A DNA stretch of 60,726 nt, filler included, from Hausera hauseri (GCA_046269625.1; 11 parts of 11 records of this genome joined end to end with filler, not necessarily neighbours in it); one strand, 5' to 3'; shown: positions 23,731 through 37,749, counted from the whole stretch's first letter. Numbers and translations: made by a program. The notes: a model not told the origin generated them from the sequence alone.

Positions 23731-26399
23731 GAGCAATTTTATCATTTCTCCTGGAATGATAACGAGTACTTAAAGCGACCGTTTCTTCAACAACCCCACC
23801 AGGTCGTGTGCATCTGTGAAATGTTGTTCTGTATTTTTTATATGCGTAAGAACTCTAATTTTACTGGAAACAAGGGAAAACTTTGTATACCAATTTACAT
23901 GACACTAATGTCAAAGTTCGTACATTGGAGAGACGAACAAACCGTCTTCTGCGAAATAAATTCGAATTCGTAATTTTAAATTTCAAATTACAGAGTTGAA
24001 TGCACAGCTCTTAGATAGAAATTAACTTTACTGTAAATGTGGGTTTTTATAAGAAATTGTAACAAATATTCCTTCGTTTATAAATTTTGGTTATGCACAT
24101 TTCTGGCCACAGACTATATTCGATGGATATTTTTTATTTCGTCAGAACATAAACGGAACACTAAATCGAATATTAGAAGAATATTAACTCGAGTAAAGTA
24201 ATAAAAATGTAGAACAAGTGCGAAATGTTACTTTTAAAATCTCCAAATGTGTTATTACTCAACAAATATTTTTTGTCACATTAATTATCAAAATTTTGTG
24301 CTTATAGAACTACTGTCCCTTGTAAGGTTGTTTTGAGAAAAAGGACCCGTAGAAAGTTGGAAAGGCCATAAATTACTGACAACATATAATCAAACATTTG
24401 ACCATTCATACAGCAGAATTTTACGACAATAAAAGTAATTACATCACCAGACGAAATAATTTCAATAATTTTCAAAAAATTAGTTTGGCCCTCTTTGATC
24501 GGCATTTTTACTATCCTTTCATTCGGTAAAGATTGCGGTTTTTATGTAAACAAGCTTGTGTTTAATATAAACGACAGTTCCACGTTCATGAACAATGTTT
24601 TTTTAACAGAATTATCAAAACGCGTGCTAAAAATTTTGCGATTTAATAGTACAACGATTGTTGACAATTTTAGTGCATATTGTTCGGAATTGCCTGTTTT
24701 TGCACCAGGAATTTGCATCATGTCAATAAATTTAATCAGAGCTTTGGTACTCTATAAATTGTGCATCAAGTCGTTCAGGCGTTAAAGTGTAGTATAGTGT
24801 GTTATATTATTGATTGTTATCGATCATTAAGTANNNNNNNNNNNNNNNNNNNNNNNNNNNNNNNNNNNNNNNNNNNNTTAATTAATTAANNNNNNNNNNN
24901 NNNNNNNNNNNNNNNNNNNNNNNNNNNNNNNNNTCACAACACTTGTATAACATCTTCAATAAGAGTATCATCACTGTTTTCATCATCGTCTAAATTAATT
25001 ATCGTCGGCACCACCAAAGCGACATATATTACTTGCCTATTGTCATCTTCAATAATGACAAAATTTCACTTCATGTCTAAACGAAATAATATTGGATCAT
25101 AAATAATCCCAAGTGGAACATTAACAGTAATTTAATGAACCGCGTTCATTTGGACAGAAATTCAATCAATCTGCACTTTTTCATAAAATTATTTCGTTTA
25201 GAATGATGAATTAAAAGCACAGTATGAAATTTCGTTAAATCAACTGATAAAATTATTCAAAATAATGAAATAAAACTAACCATAACATGTCATAAAGCAT
25301 ACACTAATTAGTAAAAATTTCACATTCATGGACAATGTGTGGCAATAAAATCATCTGAAACTGTGCGAAAAATGTTATAAATTAAACTTGGATATGATTT
25401 CTGTGCTTTGATTTTCGTTCTGTATAAAAAAGACTTATTTTCCTGCACCGTTGAAATGCATTCAGTGAAGATATTTACTCATAACGATTATAAAATATAT
25501 TATAAGTCCAGATCATTTGTACGGCTTGATGAATTTGTCACACGGAATACAAATGCTATTTCAACATTAAGAATTATGTCGCTCAATTTCGGAATTTTAT
25601 TGTAAATTGTTCTTGATATTATAATCCACTAGGCATATACAGTAATCAGTTAGCGACTTTAAAATCAGCTACTTTAATTTAGAAGTTTGTAATGTTTGTA
25701 TGCAAATTTACAGACAATCTTCCTAAAATTCTTAAATGACTGTGTGTTGCTGTGTTTGTATGTCGGATAAAGCATTAATCTTAAGGCACCATGAGCTTTT
25801 TTCCTATATATTATTCTATTATTATTATGAGCTTCATAAAGTATAACTAAATTGACAAGTATCTGCTGTGAATATAAATGTGCAATATTCTTTGATCTTC
25901 AATTGGCTTAATATATATCGAATTCAGTTTCATATGTATGTCCGGTAAATAGAATTTTGCAGAATAACACGAATAAAATAATTTTGAATTTTAATTTCAT
26001 TTACATGATTTGCAAAAAATATGTAATAAGGTATAAAACAATGAAAATCATTTCCCAAAAGCAACCAGTAGTGTACTGAACAGACGAAACCATATATAGT
26101 TAACCGTATTTAATCTATATATAAATGTTTTTATATATAGGCTGAAATTACAAATGTTACACCATGAAATCAAATTTATCCAAATTATAGTAACTCCTGT
26201 AAGTATGGATATCAGAAGAAGAGAAAGGAAGAATTGTAACAATAATATTGAAACCAATTATTTTCGAACTAAGTCTATGGTAGAAAAATGCAACAGTCAT
26301 GAAGAATAAAACGATGAAAATCAGCTTGGTTTATTTTATTGAATTTGGTTTATCGTTTTCAGCTTTTTCTTTAAATCTATCCGTTCGTTTGCAGAAATA

Positions 26400-27960
26400 A
26401 TGTTCAGTAGAAATAAACATTTTATCGAAATTTTATCCAGATAGAAATTTTGTCATACGTAACTTCAATGATTCCATGATTCGATATCATTTACGAACGA
26501 TTTGTCAATTAGAACCACGATTGAGTCGACTGCTAATGAATTTCATGTTCCGAGGTATTTATTGAAGTATTTGGAAGATATAAAACGAGATAAGTCAACA
26601 AATATCGAAATGGTCTTTGATGAACAGATTAGTGATTTAAACTCTTTCAATATCTTTTCGGTAAATATTACACAAGTTCGGTTTGCTCGGGATTACGAAA
26701 TATTGCTGTAAGATTTATCAACCATCTTAATTAATTACCATTATGATTCGTTTTTCGGTGCTGTCGGAGCAAGTGACAATTTGGTCAATTGTGGTGTCAT
26801 GCTGGAAATTATTCAGTCGATTTTGGATAGTCAACCAATTCGACTGAAACATGATTTAATATTTCTATTTAATAGAGCTGAAAAAATTGTTACAAGGCAG
26901 CCATGCGTTTATATCTGTTCATAAATGGACATGGCGTCAAACTTTTCATCAATCTCTAAGCAGCTGGCAGTGATGGACAGCAAATGATATTGCAATCATG
27001 TACGTCGAATCCATTGATAATGAAAGAATTGTCAGACATTTTACGACAAATATTAGCAAGTGTCATTGTGCAGGTGATTTTCAATGGTAATTGGATTCCA
27101 TTCGATGCGGATTATTGAATACTTCGGGATTTCGGAAAAATTCCCAGTATTGACGTAGCGTTTATTACAAATGGATACGCTTATCACACATGGTATGATA
27201 CGGATGATCGCATTTCACAGGAATGTATTCGTCATACCGATGTGTATTTATTGTCGATGATAATGAAATGAGCTGATAGCGAGTACGTTTCTACTCGGCA
27301 AGATGATAGCGATTTGCAGTGATTGTTTTATTTTGATTTTCTTGGAATTGTCTTTGTCAGTTATTCCGAATACGTGGCGATTTTTGTTAATTTGGCAGTT
27401 ATGGCGAGTTCGTTTGCGATTGTTGGATGACGATATGTTCGTCATTCGGATTCGGTTCGACGAGTTTTTTATGCGATTTTGAGTCATTTTATTTGGACTG
27501 TGACATCGGTTATATGATTGTTAGATTATTTTTTTGATAAATTTGGATGGAAAATGTCATGGTATGCTAATCGGTATAACGTTGTCGGTATTTATGTGTT
27601 ACCTTTGATTTGGTATTTTTTCATTTATCATAATTTCATTGGACTGTTTTATTTTATGGTCAATCAAATAACGTTTATGAATTTGTTAAAGACAGCTCCA
27701 TAATCGTTTTGTCTATTGACATTCCTATTGACTATTTGTCGATTACTCTGGGTATTTTATCGGCATTTGGTCATTATTCGCATTGGTTAGCAAGATTATG
27801 TTGTATTCCATATTATCGCATTCTCTTTGAAAATCATAATAAATGGTTTGGGTTTTCTTACTAACTCAGATTCGTTCGTAGTCATACTGTCACTTCTCTG
27901 AGATTTAATTTCGATTTTTTGGAATTTGTCCCTTTGATTTTCGTGTTTGTGTTCGCTAAA
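26400..27960 (+). pseudogene. ERMP1: ER metallopeptidase 1 (M28 peptidase, FXNA-like) pseudogene
   Basis: NYHYDS..GASDN..GVMLEI..IFLFN.AE..QGSHAF..FINL*AAG..RDFGKIPSIDVAF..GYAYHTWYD, then TM-like segments; stops and frameshifts. Confidence 0.85.
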
Positions 27961-29499
27961 TGAATCCTCAAATAACATTTCTAAAATGGGTTCATAGTTC
28001 TAAATCGGTTTTTGGAAAATATATATTCTGCACTTTCTTACTTTGGATGACATTGAAACGCAAACGTGTGAAGCTCTATATATATATATACATGAATAAC
28101 GTGAAACACGACTTATGTACGCAATAGGCGGAAAACAAAAAATATTATTTCATCTGAACACTTCTAAGATCTTTTTAACGCAATTTTGAATAAAAATGTG
28201 TTATTGATCAGGTTGATGTGTAATTAAGTTGTGTTCTATTGTGAAAAAATTTTATATGTAAACGATAAAATTTTATGAGTCAAATATTATATGGATATTT
28301 ATTAAGTCGGTAAGAACATCAACAAAACACGATAGTCAAATGTTAATAGTCGAAAAATCGGAAAAATTGAAGAAGTGGGAAATTATATAACATTTAGAAA
28401 CCCAAATGGCATGATCTGAGCTTTTCCATATCATTAATTATCATAAAATTTTGTACCTGTATAGTTAATATTCATATTATTAACTAATTTTCATGCTTTT
28501 TAGTAATTATTTTTGCACTTTTATTGGAAATTTATTAAATATACATATAAATAAACAGTCATCGCGATTTATTTGGTTGCTGATGCTCATCTGAAAGCTC
28601 GTATAGCCCAATAGTGAGCCGTACTGCCTGGGTTGACGACCACTGATCAAGAGGTTTGAAAATATATCATGTTGTTGCAATAATCTATTTTATATTCTTG
28701 TTAACGCGTTCACTGTACCAACTGATGTATCAATGGTCTACTGATGCTAGTTTTATATGCCTTGGGTTTTTAATGTCACTGCCCATTTTACGCTGGAAAG
28801 TAGCAGTAATTATTGCTGAATTTTCCGGATGTCGAGAGCTATAAGCGTTAGATAATTTCTTGTGTTCATTGGCATAGTTTTAGCAAATTAAGCAGTGAAA
28901 GTGTTCATATTATGTCCCTAAGAAAGAATCCAGCAAGGAAAAAGATAATGAGATGACTTAGAGAAACCTGGAGACGAACTGTAATGAGAGACCAGACACA
29001 GACAGGCAAGACCTGGAAATCCTGAATTGACTTGTCCTGGACAGATATACAGGAAAAAAATGCATTGACGTCTTATGCCTAAAGGGTGGATGGAAATGTA
29101 GAAGAGGAAGAAGAGGAAGAAGTAACTAAGCTTTTGGACACTCACTTCACATCCACCTATACTCTTTGAGGTGTGAATGAATAACTTTGAAACAAACAGA
29201 TAAATACAGAGCACTCCATAGACCGAAAGAAGTAGATAAGAATGAGAGGAACACACCAGACAACAGAAAAAAAAAATAGTATGGAATACAGTAGATTATT
29301 AAGTTTATCGGAAGCTGTTCCAAAGATGAGCAGCAGAGAAAGCAAAGCTGGGTTTAAACATGGAAAGGCGAACTACTGGGATATGGACAACGTTTACGTG
29401 TTGGCTATGTCGCCTATTGTAACAAAGCTCAAAGATACGGGCTTTATTGCATAGGAATCTTTTCCTCATACATACATTTGCGTAAAATCGTAAAACCGT

Positions 29500-29660
29500 G
29501 TAAAGCTGCATTAGGCGTGTTTTAAGCTGGAACCCAAAAAGAATAAGGAATAGAGAAACACCACAAAGCACCTTGCGCAGAGACGTAGATTTAGATACAA
29601 AGAAGTTATACCAAGAACCAGAGAGAAAAGCTCAGGACAGGCGACAAGTGTTCGTTCCTT
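29500..29660 (+). mobile_element. RTE-clade LINE 3' relic
   Basis: RRVLSWNPKRIRNRETPQSTLRRDV...AQDRRQ resembles the RTE C-terminal WxP.GKR.RGRP..TW..AQDR motif. Confidence 0.7.
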
Positions 29661-31449
29661 GTCTCATTCAAACATCTTGAAGCTTACCTTAAATGTGAGC
29701 ATTTGTTCTTTCCCGTATAATCCTTGGTGTACTATCTTCCTGATTTAGAGTCGAAGTCTTGCACAACACAACCGAATTATCTCCAGCGGTCAATAAACAG
29801 AATAATATGCTATGAGCTGAAAGAAAACAGACGCATAAANNNNNNNNNNNNNNNNNNNNNNNNNNNNNNNNNNNNNNNNNNNNTTAATTAATTAANNNNN
29901 NNNNNNNNNNNNNNNNNNNNNNNNNNNNNNNNNNNNNNNAGCAAGTTGGGTCATGGAGGGTGTGACAGGAATTTCTCCTGATCAAATGTCACGATGAAGA
30001 CTCTGCACTATTGAATTGATGGGTATTGATATCTCGACGAATACGTTGTGTCACTTCTTCTAATAACAAACCAACTTCTGTTTAATTAGTTGTCATATTC
30101 AATAACACTGTATCATTCAAAATGCAAATCGAGATTTACTATTCTGCTCAATAATAATAAACATTATTTTCAAAGGGTTGAGAATTGGGTACACAGGGCC
30201 GTCTTACATTCTGCCAGAATGGCATTGTGTTCGTCTTCTGTAGACTTCTCTCGGTCTATTTATCAATAGCTTTAAACAAATTCTTCAATAATTCACATGC
30301 TCAGTTACCTTCTTGAGTAAAATTGAAGATTTCACGACCACAAATTAATTTAACTTTGACTTCTACTTTCAACGACATCGTTTTCATTTTCAAAACAATG
30401 ATTCGGCTCTGTGTTCGATAACTTATCTGAGGGGCTGTAAAATCGCTGCAAATCTCGTTGATATCAAATGTCTGCCCTCATCAATACACAAAAACTTGCT
30501 CTGTAACCATACAGAGCTGACTGATTTGGCGACACAGGTCAGCGTGAACTTCTTCAAGCTCACAGTAAAATAACGCTGGACACTTCTGTCCGAAACTCGT
30601 TGGCCACAAACCAACACACAAATTAACTGGCTTCTTTTGATGTTAGTTATACTTCTGATATTACTTCACTTGTAACTTTCTTACGTTGAGTTACACTTTT
30701 GACCTATTCTGGTACAAAAATCAAACAATAATTCACTAACGCCACAGAAAACTTCAAAAGCTCCGTAGGGACATTGTAACTAATGCCACAAATTCGTTGA
30801 TTGTAACTATTGGTCTCAGAGAGAGTCTAGAACACAATGTTGACCTATCCGATCAAGATTCAGATAACAACTGTCTATTACAAACTTGTAATTATAACGT
30901 CAAACCAACGTTGATGACTGCCTTGGTCAAGAGTTAAACATAAACTGAACTTATTTTCAAACCCTAAATTCCCAACATGATTACTGAGTTATACTCACTC
31001 CGTGCAAAGTATGACTTTAGTGACTTGTTTCCCAGCTTGCGTCAGTTCAGGACTGTTTGAGAGATTTCTCGATTGGAAAACAAACCGTACTATTTTTGGC
31101 TCCTTTTTATTGATTTCTTCCCCTTTATATTTATCCATCTAACTTCATCATATTTTGTCCATCCTTACGTGGTCAGCTTCTAATTACTGTCACAAAGGGT
31201 CATAATTTCTGTTAAAGTTGGGTATCGTAAGGTCCAACTGACGGACTAAAAAATTCACGTGAGAAAAAGCAATGATAAACGAAGTAGAAAAATTGTAATA
31301 GAAAAAATGAAATTGAAAAGTAAAATAATTTAAAAGAAATTCAAAAAGAAAATAGGGAACGTGATGCTTTTTCGTCCGTCAGTTGGACCTGTTGCAATGT
31401 GTCGTGTAATCTGTGCTCTTGTCCCTGGGGGATTTCAGAAAAGTGTGAT

Positions 31450-32320
31450 GGAAAAGTTGAGACATGAAAAGATACCAACATGAAAACTTGCTGCCTGAGA
31501 CATGAAAAAAATGCCAACATGAAAGTTGTTGGCATGTAAACATGCCATAATGAAAAATTACTGATATGACAAAGTCACCGACATGAAAGTTGTCAACATG
31601 AACGCTGTCAACATGAAAAGCCACCAACATGAAAAGTCGCTGCCATGACAAAATCGCCAACATGAAATTTGTCGATGCAAAAGTTGTTGAACATTGTCGA
31701 CATGAAGTTTGTCGACATGAATGTTGACGACATGAACACTTGCCATTGTGAAAAAATCCTAACATGAAAACTTAAGACGTGGAACGTCACCGATACGAAA
31801 ACTTTCCGACATACCAAAGTCGCCGACATGAAAGTTGAAGACATGAAAGTTGTTGATACGAAAGTTGTTGACATGACAAAGTCACCAATATGAAAAAAAT
31901 TACAAACACAAGATGCTGGTGATGTGAAAATCCTAAAATGGAAACTTGAGACGTGGACAGTCACTGATATGAAAACTTACGGACATGACAAAGTCGCCGA
32001 CATGGAAGTTAATGACACAAAAGGTGTCACCAAGAACGTTGTCGACATCAAGGTTGTCGACTTGAAAGTTGTTGACATAAACGTTGTCGACAAGAAAGTG
32101 GCCAACATGAAACGTCACTGACATGACAAAAATCGCCGACATGAAAGTTGACGACACGAAAGTTGTCAACACGAAAATTGCCCACATGAACATTGTCGAC
32201 ATGACAAAGTTGTCAACAAAGTTGTCGTCAACACGACAAAGTTGTTGACATGAAAAGTCGTCAACTAGAAAAGTTGCGGACATGGCTAAATCGCCGACAT
32301 GAAAATTGCGGACACGTGCA
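31450..32320. repeat. Degenerate ~15-bp tandem array (GTTGTCGACATGAAA) with higher-order blocks
   Basis: Dozens of near-contiguous aaagttgtcgacatg / aaatcgccgacatg units; no unique spacers. Confidence 0.92.
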
Positions 32321-33070
32321 TGCATAAGCATGAAGAAGACGACCTAAACAACTTTCAAGTACCCTTACGATACCCAACCTTAACAGAAAATATGAAATTT
32401 CACAAAAAGGCTTCCATAAACAAGTATAAGCATAAAATAGATGACCTAAACCACACCCAGTCCCTTACGATACCCATGTTTAACAAAAATTATGAGCATT
32501 CCATGACCCAACTTGCTCCCATAGACATGCCCAGGCATGAGGAAGACGAACTAAACCAAGCAGGACGACGACATAAAGCACCTCCATCCTTAACAAAAAT
32601 ATATGACCCTTCCATGACCCATCATGTCCCTTTACACTTGCTTAAAACGGCGAATATGACCTAAACCACCTCCAGCACCTTTATAATACCTAATCTTAGC
32701 AGAAAATATCAGCCTTCCATGACCCAACATGCCCCTATACACTTGATTAAGAACGAAATAGACGACCTAAACCACCTTTGGGACCCTTAAGAAACCCAAT
32801 CTTTACATACAATATGACCCTTCCATGATCCAACATGCTCCCATAGACATGCACAAGCATGGAGAAGACGACCTAAACCCTTATTTAACCTGAAGAAGAC
32901 GACTTAAACCATCTCCAGCACGCTTAAGAAACCCAACCTTAACAGAAAATATGACCCTTCCATGACCCAACATGACCATATACACTTGTCTAAGAATGAA
33001 GAAGATGACTTAAAACACCTCCAGCACCCTTATGCTACCGAACCTTGATTGAAAATATGAACCCATAATA
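32320..33070. repeat. ~95-120-bp tandem repeat
   Basis: Recurring aaaatatgacccttccatgacccaacatg ... gaagacgacctaaacca ... cccaaccttaac. Confidence 0.88.
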
Positions 33071-33900
33071 ACACTACCCCTCATACAACATCGCACATGA
33101 TGATACCTAGACCTAACACGCCACAAACCCTGCCACATCACTCTTATGTGAAGCACTACACCTTGGCATTGCAGTGTTAGAAGATTTTGGTCACTAATAT
33201 CCTTAAAAACGTTATTTAAACAATAGGACACATGACAGTACTTAGAGCTAACACGCCACCAACCCAGCCACATCACCTCTCTTCATGGGAAACACTATAC
33301 CTATGTTTGGAGGTGTCGGGAAGTCTTGGTCGCTAATAACCCTAACACCAATAACCCTTATACGACATGGCACATGCTGAAACCTAGACATAACATGTCA
33401 CCACCACCACCTCATCACCCCTCCTCATGGAAACAATACACCTAAGCATGGAGGTGTTGGAAGGTCGTAGTCACTAATAACCCTGACAATGTTACCCTTA
33501 TACGACGGCACCTGCTGCTACCTAGACATAACACGTTACTCCTGCTTCATCACCCCTTACTCTACGTAACTAAAGAAAAAGAAATTACATAATTAATTAA
33601 CTATATTGCATCAAGATGCTGACGTCATCAAAAAGAATGATGATGGTGTATACATCATCTACTACCTAACATACATCTACTACAAAGACATAACACGCCA
33701 CCACCCCATCGTCTCTTACTCCACATAAGTACACGTCTAATTAAAGAAAAAGAAATTACGTCAACAAGATGCTGACGTTCTCAAAAAGAATAATGATGCT
33801 GGTGTCTACATCAACTGCTACCTACATATGTCATCAACAATGATAATGGTGTATCTGACTACATAAAAACTATACGAATAGTTTCTTACTTAAATATATC
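33070..33900. repeat. Two further tandem repeat families (~130-140 bp and ~170 bp)
   Basis: Recurring cctagacataacacg..catcacc..ggaggtg..cactaataaccct, and aaagaaaaagaaattac..caagatgctgacgt..aaaaagaat. Confidence 0.75.
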
Positions 33901-35156
33901 TAGTGGAGGTGACGGAAGGTCTTGTCACTAATAAATAAAAGCTTTTAAGGTACACGGTAACACCACCCCGCCATATCACCCCTACCACCACCCCACCCCA
34001 TCATCCCTAATCCTAACTAATCCTATTCTAACTACACACGTCATCAAAAGTATGATGATGAGGAAAAGAAAAATGCTTACGTTGCAAAAAAAACCGTTTC
34101 TTTTTAACTTTTTTCCTTAAATAACCTTACTAGAGGTGGATCTCAGATCCAACTGAGGAGGTGACAGGGGAAGCACGTCAAGTTACTTAGGCAGAAACCC
34201 CTATGAAGGCAGTGAGCCCGATGAGTCTAGAGAAACTAGGTGAAGCCCATCAAAACGCGCACCCATAAAAACGTAAATTCGATAATATCACCAGAGCAAA
34301 CGCATTTAACGTAGAAAACTATCGATCGTGGTCGTTGTAATAATGCAACACGTTGTTGTATTTCGCAACAAAAATCTTAGTATAGTAATGTATCCTATTG
34401 TTTAAAAGGTTGTACAAAATATTGCATTGCAAAAATTGCCAATTGGAAAAAACTATGTGAAAAATTAAAATTACGAAAACATGGCCTTTTTTCCATTAAT
34501 TCTTATAAATGTTACTACATCTCTTACTATAGCCTATCTCTCTGAGAGCTAATCTTGTTACACAAGAGCAACACCCCTGCTAATGGAACAATACTATGGG
34601 GAACTGTGCCTCTCCTATACAACTACTCATATACAATACCACCTCTGGTACCTCCTCTAAGAACACCCTTACTGAAGGTTGATGGTGCTATACTATCGGT
34701 CACACCTCCTCCTCCTATCATGGACGACACCATAGGGAGGCGACAGGTTACTTAGGCAGGGACCCCTAAGAAGGCAGTGAGCCCCATAAGGAGGCGGCAT
34801 GCCCATAAGGAAGCAGCACGACAGAGCCCCTAATTACATCATCAAAAGAATAATGAAAAGACACATAAGGAATCTAACTACATAAATATGCTGAGTTTCC
34901 AGAAAAAGGGCAAAGTTTCTTAACTAAATTGGGTCCCCTTGCCGTAGGGGGGCGGGAGTATCTTGTTATATGAGCCATATCCGTCCCCTACAAATACTTC
35001 CTTATATGGGGCCATTCGTCCCCATATGAAAATAGCCTCGAAAACAACCTGTATAACTTCTCACCAGTATCAGCAGTGGTGCAGCCTGATATGGATTGGT
35101 TGTGAGACACCTGTTGCTGTTTGTCGCTCAGCAATAGATCTAGTCGCTGGTCTAAC

Positions 35157-35330
35157 TTGAATTTCTTTAATTTTTTGCATCACAATTGTGAGGTCAACAA
35201 TATCGAAGGACTTCTTGAAACCAACAAAGACCTTACTATCGTTTATATTAGACAACCAGTTGTCCATGATTTTAGTAAGAGCAGTGTGGTAGGAGTGATT
35301 TGGGCCTAAAATCCGATTGCTTTACATGTG
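35157..35330 (-). mobile_element. Non-LTR (CR1/L2-like) reverse transcriptase relic
   Basis: QSDFRPK..MDNWLSNINDSKVFVGFKKSFDIVDLTIVMQKI resembles QSGFRP..D..KAFD.VDH.ILL.KL. Confidence 0.75.
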
Positions 35331-36135
35331 AAAGCTCATTTTTAAGTGTTGTAACGTNNNNNNNNNNNNNNNNNNNNNNNNNNNNNNNNNNNNNNNNNNN
35401 NTTAATTAATTAANNNNNNNNNNNNNNNNNNNNNNNNNNNNNNNNNNNNNNNNNNNNCTGGAGAAAAGGTAGGAATATTCTGAATTGAACTGAATAAATG
35501 TTAGCAGGTCACAAACGGTGCGAGAAATAACAGAGTTGTTCTGAGAATTTTTTGTTTGTCAAAATGTCGGTTATGTTTTTATTGCCAATGTCCGATCGTT
35601 TTAAATACCGGATGTGTTGATTTTTTGGAAGTTTCTGTAGAAAAGAAAAAGACAGGTAATTCCACCGGGCGGTGTTCACGCCACTTGTTCGATTGTAAAA
35701 AAAGAAAAATACAAAATGAAAAATAAGATAAGAAAATGAAAATTAAAAAAGGTGAAAATATTATTTATAGTTGGTGTAAACTGGGCAATTTAAATTGACA
35801 GTCGAGCCGGAGCTTTTATTTTTGATGGTCTGCCATTTGGATGGTTTGCAAATTAGTTTATGCCGAGGGTAAGTGAAATGAAGTTCACATTTGGTTGATG
35901 TTGTAGTATGCGTTGATATCGGCCAAATACCATTGAGCGGTGGTCAAAGTGCATCGGTCAGACTCGCAAATGGTGTCGGCCTTGAATAAGTTGTGCCAGC
36001 AAACGCGGCACTATATGGCACTTATACATTATGTAACATATCGCATTGGTACTCGTGAATTTCATTTTCTATTTGAATATTCATTAATTATTAGTTTAAT
36101 TAACCGACTACTCTGCCGCCCCAGACAACAACATT

Positions 36136-37367
36136 TTACAAGATACGGAAGCAACGTTTCAGACACGCCTTTTTCTGAATGATGTCCATTTTTCTCGATC
36201 AGAAATTATACTGCCTGTTGTACGCAAATATTAGTGGTATCGAAGATGGGACGACCACCGATTTATATAGCCCTCTGATGCTCCTATTATCATTTTTGTG
36301 ATCTACCTATATAGAATATTATTACTTGTATAATGCTTATAAATAAGTCTGGAGTCGATTCTGCAAATCCCACGTCATCGAAGACGATGAGATCATACTC
36401 ATTTGTCCATTCCTGCGGCGTATCGTGTAATGAATGTAACACCAGAGGGTTCTTTCCATGGCTGAGTACATAAGATGTTTTCTCTATTGCTGCTGCCAAA
36501 CAAAATTGCGCTGTTGACTCCGTCTTGCGGTCGAAATTTGATTGGTGGCAATGTAAACGTATATGACGGATCCACTGTTATCGGTTCACAGAATTTTGAA
36601 CGTATGTAATTTGTTAACATGCGGTGCCGGGTCACGAATTCCGCCCGGTCACCGTCTTTCATAATATTCATTTCGTCATTGATGGATTTGGCGTCATCGA
36701 ATAGACGATATAACGCCTTTCTGGAGTTGTTGTCTTTGTATATATTTATCGGAGGTTCTCAAATTGTGCATATAAACGCACCGTCAAATGTCGGTTTACT
36801 GTGGTACTTGTACACTTGAAATGCATCTGCGCGGAATGGTATTAGATACTGAATGTTTAATAGTGATTTTATTCTTTGGAATGGCATTGGGCTTGGGATG
36901 TAAAATAGGACGTGAATATGTCAAAATCTCTCTGAGGAAACCTCTTCCTGTGCTCGGAAGAACATTTTGTCTTTGTATAATATCGTAAAATGAATTAACA
37001 TAATCCATTATTTTGAAGTCATTCTCGAATATTACCAAACCACAGAAATGTCTGAACGATGTGTTATTCGGTGGCCAAACTAATTCGTAGATATTTGATG
37101 GAAATCGTGATTGAAGTATCTCAGTTCCATTATTTTGTTGATCAAATAATACCGTGTTCATCGGGTAATTTTGATTCGTGAAATTGTTTGTATCACTGTA
37201 ATAATTAATAAATGAATGAATAAATAATAAATTTTATTTTCAGTATTTCTTTTTGGCAAATTTGGTATATATTCTGATGTACTGGGTTCATCGAAAGGCA
37301 GTAAAATATTATTTTTTTCTCTTTCTCCATCTTGATTACTTATTTCATCGTGATATGAAGTGCTCAT
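36136..37367 (-). pseudogene. rep: Endogenous CRESS-DNA virus Rep (HUH endonuclease + SF3 helicase), frameshifted
   Basis: Motif II RHFCGLVIF; motif III VYKYHSK; Walker A ILFGSSN/KTSY (frameshifted) + HGKNPLVLH; Walker B LIVFDD; B' RSIRGLYK; motif C IPLIFAYN; Arg finger ACLKRC. Confidence 0.8.
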
Positions 37368-37749
37368 TTTGAATGAAAATATCAAATTAATCTTGTATTT
37401 ATATCAGTAAAAAATATGTAGTTAATTTATTATTGTTTAAAAAATTACACACAAATCTCTTTAAATATCAATTAGTTAGTTTTGAGCACAAAGGAATTAG
37501 TAATAATAATCAAAACATGAAGGCATTTAGATATATACAAGGATTTATTGTTTATATACAATATTTACACGTTCATAGTCAATTGTCTGAATTGCAAAAT
37601 TTTAAATCACAAAATGAAATTGTCAATGGTAATGATTTCGAATCACGAATAAATGTTAACGTATTTTTGGTTCTATTCGGATTTTCTGGATTTGGGCTAA
37701 ATTGTAATTTCACGTAGACTGAGTTCGAATGAATTGAGTTTGTGATTTT

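Noticed and set aside
30125-30390. CENP-B/psq-type HTH transposase relic on the minus strand
   Set aside because: Too degenerate to support
31450-32320. CRISPR array
   Set aside because: The units are degenerate and contiguous, with no unique spacers or cas genes, in a eukaryotic context
31341-32664. ORFs of 60-130 aa in the ORF track
   Set aside because: They are translations of tandem repeats (FHVGDFVMS-type periodicity)
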